From contig CBDCDZ010000004.1 of assembly GCA_965215565.1 (NCBI GenBank), forward strand, positions 3,136,001 to 3,200,000: DNA of 64,000 nucleotides, in the 5' to 3' direction. Positions 57,312-64,000 of the stretch are shown here, one piece after another. The DNA is from Trueperaceae bacterium (lineage in GTDB: Bacteria; Deinococcota; Deinococci; Deinococcales; Trueperaceae). The stretch's first letter is position 1. Each line of letters begins with the position of its first letter. Both the position numbers and the translations under genes were made by a program. A model generated the notes under the pieces. It had not been told where the DNA came from. It searched no databases and saw only the letters and a list, made by a program, of their open reading frames with translations.

Positions 57312-58613
57312 TTGATAAGAGTCGAGAATCTTTACAAGGTCTTCGGGGAAGACCCCAAGAGCGTCATCTCGATGCTCGAGCAAGGTCACTCCAAAGATGA
57401 CATCCGCGCCGAAACCGGGCATACGGTGGGCGTCAACGATGTGAGCTTCAGGCTCGAGCCGGGCGAGTTCTTCGTCATTATGGGCTTGTCGGGCAGTGGC
57501 AAGTCCACGCTGCTGCGCTGCATCAACCGACTCATCGAGCCGACTGCGGGCAAAGTTTTCGTGGAGACTGACGAGGGCGAGACGGACGTGACCTCTTTGG
57601 GCGAGAAGGGGCTGCGGCAGTTCCGCAAGGAGCAAGTGAGCATGGTCTTTCAGCGCTTCGGGCTCTTCCCGCACCGCACCGTGCGCGAGAATGCGGCGTA
57701 CGGCTTGGAGGTGCAGGGGCGTCCTAAGAACAAGCGGTTGGAGGCGGCGCAAGAGACTTTGGAGATGGTCGGGCTGGGGCAGTGGGGCGACTCGTACCCG
57801 GATGAGCTTTCCGGTGGGATGCAGCAGCGCGTGGGTTTAGCGCGGGCTCTAGCGACGGACGCGCCCGTCCTCCTCATGGACGAGCCCTTCAGCGCGTTGG
57901 ATCCCCTTATCAAGGTCAATATGCAGCAAGAACTCATCAGCATCGAGAAGAAGCTGCACCGCACCGTTCTTTTCATCACGCACGACTTGGACGAGGCCCT
58001 CAAGCTGGGTCACCGCATCGCCATCATGGAGGGCGGGCGCGTGGTGCAAGTCGGCACGCCCGAAGAGATCATCGTCAACCCGAAAACGGAGTACGTCGCG
58101 GACTTCGTCGAGCACGCGGACCCGACGGGCGTCATCACAGCGGGGACGGTGGCGGTGCCGCTCGCGAGCAAGAAGCTCAGCAAGCAAGAGGACGGCGACG
58201 TGGACTTCTACGCGCATGAAGGCGTCTCGGACGTGCTCTACGGAATAGACCGCGACAACCGCTTGGAGCGCGTGAGGGTGAACGGGCAGAGCGTCCAGAC
58301 GAGGCGTTTAGAAGAGGTCTTGGACGAGGAGCCGCCGAGCGTGCGCAGCCACGAACTAGCGCTCGTGTGCCCGCACGACGCGACGCTCCGCCATATCTTG
58401 CAGGGGCGCAACCACTCGAGCCTCCCCACCGTCGTTTTAGCCGATAACGGCGAAGTCATCGGGCTCGTGAGCGAGCGCGAGCTGATTCAGGGGATTTTGG
58501 ATAAAAGAGGTCATCAGGACCCCGAAGAGGTTCACGCCGCTATAGGTGAGCACGCCGATGCCCACAAAGTCGATGCTCGTAAAGTCTATGTCCACAAAGA
58601 GGTGGCGCGGTAA
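57312..58613 (+). CDS. proV: Glycine betaine/proline ABC transporter ATP-binding protein
   Basis: Motifs MGLSGSGKS, LSGGMQQRVGLARALA, LLMDEPFSALDP; degenerate CBS-like tail. Confidence 0.92.
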   Translation: MIRVENLYKVFGEDPKSVISMLEQGHSKDDIRAETGHTVGVNDVSFRLEPGEFFVIMGLSGSGKSTLLRCINRLIEPTAGKVFVETDEGETDVTSLGEKGLRQFRKEQVSMVFQRFGLFPHRTVRENAAYGLEVQGRPKNKRLEAAQETLEMVGLGQWGDSYPDELSGGMQQRVGLARALATDAPVLLMDEPFSALDPLIKVNMQQELISIEKKLHRTVLFITHDLDEALKLGHRIAIMEGGRVVQVGTPEEIIVNPKTEYVADFVEHADPTGVITAGTVAVPLASKKLSKQEDGDVDFYAHEGVSDVLYGIDRDNRLERVRVNGQSVQTRRLEEVLDEEPPSVRSHELALVCPHDATLRHILQGRNHSSLPTVVLADNGEVIGLVSERELIQGILDKRGHQDPEEVHAAIGEHADAHKVDARKVYVHKEVAR

Positions 58614-59476
58614 TGGAGATACTCTCGGCTGAGCAGCTATTCAGGTACACCATCCCTTTAGAGGACTGGATCGATACGTTCGTCAACTGGCTCCAGGGCT
58701 ACCGTGACTTCTTCTTAGCGCTGCGCACGCCCGTCGACTTAATGCTGAACGGCATCAACGGCGCGCTGCAGTGGCTCTCCCCGCTGATCGTTATCATTTT
58801 GATTGCGGCGCTCGCCTGGTACGTCGCGACGTGGCGGCTGGGGCTATTTAGCGCCCTCGCGCTCGTTTTTATCGGCTTCATGGGCTTATGGTCCGAAGCG
58901 ATGACGACGCTCGCGATGGTGGTGAGTTCGGTGCTGTTCTGCGTGATCATCGGATTGCCGCTAGGGATTTTGGCGTCCCGGAGTGAACGCTTCGCCGCAC
59001 TCTTGCGCCCTGTGCTGGACGTCGCGCAGACGACGCCTTCGTTCGTCTACCTCATCCCCGTGGTGATGCTCTTCTCCATCGGCACGGTGCCTGGCATCAT
59101 CGCTACGGTCATCTTCGCCGTGCCCCCGATGATTCGCCTCACGAACTTAGGCATCCGCCAGGTGCAAGAGGACGCCCTCGAAGCGGCGGAGGCGTTCGGC
59201 TCGACGCCGAGTCAGATTCTCTGGAAGGTGCAAGTTCCCTTAGCCATGCCGACGATCATGGCGGGCTTAAACCAAACCATCATGCTCTCGCTCTCGATGG
59301 TCGTGATCGCCGCCTTTATCGGCGCGGGCGGCTTAGGTCAGCCTGTGTTCGAGGGGCTTAACGCGCTCCGCGTCGGTTTAGCAGGCATCGGCGGCATCGG
59401 CATCGTCCTCTTAGCGATGGTCCTAGACCGCATCACGCAGGCGCTCGGTGAGCCGACGCGCCAGAAAGTCAACTGA
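58613..59476 (+). CDS. proW: Glycine betaine/proline ABC transporter permease
   Basis: Motifs QTTPSFVYLIP, RLTNLGIRQV, EAAEAFG, GLNQTIM. Confidence 0.93.
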   Translation: MEILSAEQLFRYTIPLEDWIDTFVNWLQGYRDFFLALRTPVDLMLNGINGALQWLSPLIVIILIAALAWYVATWRLGLFSALALVFIGFMGLWSEAMTTLAMVVSSVLFCVIIGLPLGILASRSERFAALLRPVLDVAQTTPSFVYLIPVVMLFSIGTVPGIIATVIFAVPPMIRLTNLGIRQVQEDALEAAEAFGSTPSQILWKVQVPLAMPTIMAGLNQTIMLSLSMVVIAAFIGAGGLGQPVFEGLNALRVGLAGIGGIGIVLLAMVLDRITQALGEPTRQKVN

Positions 59477-59598
59477 CTTTAATTAAGGTCTGTTCGTAGG
59501 GGAGGGAACGTTTGGAAGAGGTCAGGCTCGTTATCCTCGAGGGGTAATACCTCATTATTAAGTTGTTCTGTAAGTTTTTAGACCACAAGGAGGTCTTC

Positions 59599-60630
59599 AT
59601 GAAGAAGTTACTTACGATTTTGCTGTCTTGTGTTCTCTTTGCGGGCATCTACGCCCAAGCGCAAGACACCGCTATGCCCGGCGAAGGTACGACGGTCACT
59701 CCGGCGGTTGCCAACTGGGAGTCTGCCCGCCCCATTGCCCAACTGTTCATCACGCTTTTAGAAGATTTGGGCTACGATGTGGAAGACCCAGCCACGCTCG
59801 CCAACCCGATTTTCTACCAGTCCTTAGTTAATGGTGATGTGGACTACTGGGCACACTCTTGGATGCCCAACCAGTCGAACCAGCTCCCTGCGAACTTCGA
59901 GGAGCGAGCGGCGTTCGCGGGCACCGTCGTGGAGCGCGGCGCGCTTCAAGGCTACTTAGTGGATAAAGCCTCAGCGGAGGAGTACGGGATCACCTCTTTA
60001 GCGGACTTTTCGCGCGACGAGGTCAAGCAAGCTTTTGACTCGAATGGTGACGGCAAAGCTGACTTAGTCGGCGCGGAGTCGGGCTGGGCGATTGCGGAGG
60101 CGATTGACTACCAGTTGGAGCAGTACGGCTTGCAAGACCACATCAACGTCCTGGACTCGAGCTACAACGCGATGTTCGCGGACGTTTTGGCGCGCTACAA
60201 CAACGGTCAGCCGGTGCTCTACTACACCTGGACGCCGAACTTCACGGTGTTCGAACTCGAGCCCGGCAACGACGTTCAGTGGATCAACGTCCCCGAGATC
60301 GCCCCGACGCCCGAGCAAGAAGACCTCGTCGATTCGATGACGGTCAGCAACGTCGAGGGTGCGGTCTCTGACCCCTTAAAGATGGGTTTCCCCGCCAACG
60401 ACATCCGCGTCGCGGCGAATCAGACCTTTTTAGACGAGAACCCGGCGGCGGCGGCGCTCTTTAGCCAGGTCAAGATGCCTTTAGAGGACGTCTCTGAAAT
60501 GACCGCCCGCATCAACGAAGGCGAAGACAGCACCGAAGAAGTAGTGGCGATGGTGGACGAGTGGATCAGCAACCATCAAGGAGAAGTGGATGGGTGGTTG
60601 GAGCAAGCGAGAACGGCGGCGCAGCAATAG
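59599..60630 (+). CDS. proX: Glycine betaine/proline ABC transporter substrate-binding protein
   Basis: Signal peptide; motifs QGYLVDK, FDSNGDGKADL, YYTWTP; SD AGGAGG. Confidence 0.92.
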   Translation: MKKLLTILLSCVLFAGIYAQAQDTAMPGEGTTVTPAVANWESARPIAQLFITLLEDLGYDVEDPATLANPIFYQSLVNGDVDYWAHSWMPNQSNQLPANFEERAAFAGTVVERGALQGYLVDKASAEEYGITSLADFSRDEVKQAFDSNGDGKADLVGAESGWAIAEAIDYQLEQYGLQDHINVLDSSYNAMFADVLARYNNGQPVLYYTWTPNFTVFELEPGNDVQWINVPEIAPTPEQEDLVDSMTVSNVEGAVSDPLKMGFPANDIRVAANQTFLDENPAAAALFSQVKMPLEDVSEMTARINEGEDSTEEVVAMVDEWISNHQGEVDGWLEQARTAAQQ

Positions 60631-60747
60631 GGGCTCGTACTAGGGGCTCGTACCGCACTCTATCTCGCTCTATTCGAAGAGAAGTAACTGAGGAGAAAGA
60701 GAAAAGGTAAAAGGTGAAAGAACTGTTACGTAGCTTTCGCATAGCAG

Positions 60748-60787
60748 AAGGACTGAGAGGTTTTACTTTTTTCTCAGTCCTTTTTTT
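60748..60787 (+). terminator. Intrinsic terminator of proVWX
   Basis: AAGGACTGAGA...TCTCAGTCCTT followed by a T-run. Confidence 0.75.
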
Positions 60788-60838
60788 CACCTCTTTAAGT
60801 CCGTCAGAGAAGCAACATCGCATATGTAGACCGGGTGT

Positions 60839-62059
<1,221 letters not shown>

Positions 62060-62071
62060 TAGTCGCGAGCC

Positions 62072-62941
62072 TCAGTAAAAGGTGTAGTTGTTTTTCTCCC
62101 TGTTCTTCACTCTGTACATTGCGTCGTCCGCCCGTTTAAGAAGCGTGTCGATGTCGCGCCCATCGGCAGGGTACAGACTGACGCCGATGCTCGCGCCGAT
62201 ATGCGCGGTGCTCTCCCCTACCGAAAAGGGCGCTATGAGCGTCCCTAAGAGCTTCCGCGCGACCTGTTCAACTTGCTTGGTGGGCATGTCGGGGAAGGCG
62301 AGCACGAATTCGTCACCCGCTAAACGTGCGACGAGGTCTTCTTGGCGCACGCTTCCGCGCAAACGTCCCGCGACGGCTCGTAAGAGCGCGTCGCCAGCGG
62401 CGTGACCTAGCGTGTCGTTCACGCGCTTAAAGCCGTCGAGGTCGACGAACAGGACCGCCACAGACGTATGAGAACCGAGGTACTGCGCTAGGCTAGTTTC
62501 GAACGCGGCGCGGTTGGGGAGTTCAGTCAGCGCGTCGTGGCTGGAAAAGTGGAGAAGCTGCTGATGCTGCGCGTGCAATTTGAGGCGCAAATCGCGCAAA
62601 TATCCTACTGTTGTGCCTATGATGGTTGCTACTACGGTGGGTGGTCCGCCGTCTCTTAAAATCGTAAACAGAAATCCGCTAGGCTCGGGCGCTAAAAGGT
62701 AGAGCGGGTAAGCTGTAACGGCAAATCCGCATAAACCCGCCCAGAAGCCTGCCCAGAGTCCCCAGACTGCGCCTGTGACAATGACAGGCAAAAACATCAG
62801 CGCCCCCGCCGCCGGTCCCGCTACGGCGCTAAGCAGCCAGAAGCCCACCGCGCAGCCCAGCCAAGCGAGCAGCGTGAGCGCGGCGCGGAAGGGGCGACTG
62901 CCGATGCTGGGAAGGTTTGACGTCTTCAAGAAGGAGCGCAT
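62072..62941 (-). CDS. Membrane-anchored diguanylate cyclase (GGDEF domain, AGDEF variant)
   Basis: Motifs HDALTELPNR, DLDGFKRVND, RLAGDEF, ADDAMY. Confidence 0.88.
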   Translation of the reverse strand: MRSFLKTSNLPSIGSRPFRAALTLLAWLGCAVGFWLLSAVAGPAAGALMFLPVIVTGAVWGLWAGFWAGLCGFAVTAYPLYLLAPEPSGFLFTILRDGGPPTVVATIIGTTVGYLRDLRLKLHAQHQQLLHFSSHDALTELPNRAAFETSLAQYLGSHTSVAVLFVDLDGFKRVNDTLGHAAGDALLRAVAGRLRGSVRQEDLVARLAGDEFVLAFPDMPTKQVEQVARKLLGTLIAPFSVGESTAHIGASIGVSLYPADGRDIDTLLKRADDAMYRVKNREKNNYTFY

Positions 62942-63017
62942 GGTCTACTGTAACGCTTACAGTCTTACAAAATTCTCAAGGTGCGCCGCACAGTTACGCC
63001 GAGGAACTGTGAATCGC

Positions 63018-64000
63018 TCACTCTGAGTTACGCCGAGGTAGCTCTAACCTATAGAGCCCCCCCGCCACCGTCATCTCTACGCGAAAACCCAAACTCTGCA
63101 GCCGCGCCGCGTCACCGCACAGATAGCAGTAAACCTGTAAACCCGGCGGCGGATTTTTGGTGTTCGCTAAATCATAAGGCGTGCCCTCGCGCAAATATGC
63201 CTTCGTCGTGTCGATGTTGCCGCCGAAAAACGCGACGTACACGTCCCTCTCTTCCCACCTTTCAGCCAATAGATAGTAGAGAAAATACTCATAAGTATTG
63301 TAGCTGGGCGTGAGGATGACCGCGCGTTCTTGCACCGTAGAGAGCACCGCCTCGACCCCCCTTTGGTCCGCCGTTTGCTGACTCATATCGACGCTCCGGT
63401 AGTTCAGTAAGAGGAACACTAAAGGGATGAGGAGGGGCGCAGCCGCGACGCTCCGCCGCTCTTCCCACGATACTTGCAAAGCGAGCAGCGCGATACCACC
63501 TAACAGCGCGAGCGCCAGCGTGCTCGGGATGAAGTAGACCGCGATGTCGGGAATGTCGTAGTTCATCGCGTAGAAGGTGTGCGAAAAAAGGTAGATGAGC
63601 ACGCCCAAAGTAACGTGCTTGTGGCGCTTCAGCCCGACAACTGCGCCAACCGCCGCGAGCCCCCAGAGCGGCAGACTGCGGCTGAGCAGCGTCAGCACGA
63701 AGGGAAGACGTTCGGTGAGGAGTTGCTGCCAAGTGTACGTAAACATGACGTTCTTGAAGTCGCCGCCTGTCACGTAGGTGATCAGGTTTGTCCCGTCAAA
63801 GACTTCCGCGTAGTAAACGTCGGGGTTGAAGTAGCGCCAGAAGAGGTAGCTGTACTGGAGTGCGCCGAGAACGACTACACCGACGACCCACAAAACTTTA
63901 CGCGGTTGGATAAAGACTTTCGGGTTCGTCGCAAGTGTCATGTACACAAAAGCGGGCAAAAGGGTAATCGAGGTGAGGTGATTGCCGAAGGAGAGCGCGT
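63018..64000 (-). CDS. DUF2723/TMEM260-like membrane glycosyltransferase, 3' part
   Basis: Frame is open to the window edge (ALSFGNHLTS...); motif YDIPDIAVYFIP; many TM segments. Confidence 0.65.
   Translation of the reverse strand, partial: ALSFGNHLTSITLLPAFVYMTLATNPKVFIQPRKVLWVVGVVVLGALQYSYLFWRYFNPDVYYAEVFDGTNLITYVTGGDFKNVMFTYTWQQLLTERLPFVLTLLSRSLPLWGLAAVGAVVGLKRHKHVTLGVLIYLFSHTFYAMNYDIPDIAVYFIPSTLALALLGGIALLALQVSWEERRSVAAAPLLIPLVFLLLNYRSVDMSQQTADQRGVEAVLSTVQERAVILTPSYNTYEYFLYYLLAERWEERDVYVAFFGGNIDTTKAYLREGTPYDLANTKNPPPGLQVYCYLCGDAARLQSLGFRVEMTVAGGLYRLELPRRNSE

Noticed and set aside
60628..60653. 13-bp tandem TAGGGGCTCGTAC as a target-site duplication
   Set aside because: Nothing lies between the copies; simple slippage explains it.

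Overview
A GC-rich bacterial chromosomal window, most consistent with Deinococcota (Truepera-like). This is inferred from gene content, TANNNT boxes 5-7 nt before start codons, and excess CTCGAG. Housekeeping genes: gyrA, asd, proB, glyQS, clpC, ilvD, methylmalonyl-CoA mutase, proVWX. Other loci: part of a Ter-type ATP-grasp/PRTase/HAD operon, an OmpR-type two-component pair with a divergent Crp/Fnr regulator, an ~18 kb exopolysaccharide region (extra MurA, nitroreductase, pyruvyl-transferase family, flippase, glycosyltransferases, Wzy-like, Wzc), a PIN toxin-antitoxin pair and several AT-richer orphan genes. I found no rRNA, tRNA, CRISPR array or transposase. Best candidate for a new system: an AT-rich DUF3800 gene followed by a convergent sigma70-type promoter that would give a ~35-nt CCA-ending hairpin RNA, possibly a toxin with a tRNA-mimic RNA antitoxin. 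Other candidates: a leaderless PPP leader peptide with attenuator-like pairing before a DMT transporter; an orphan multi-stem RNA converging on a 63-aa ORF; a 12-bp-phased DnaA-box array with no dnaA nearby; and three families of small dispersed repeats. All family calls come from motif recognition by eye, not database searches.
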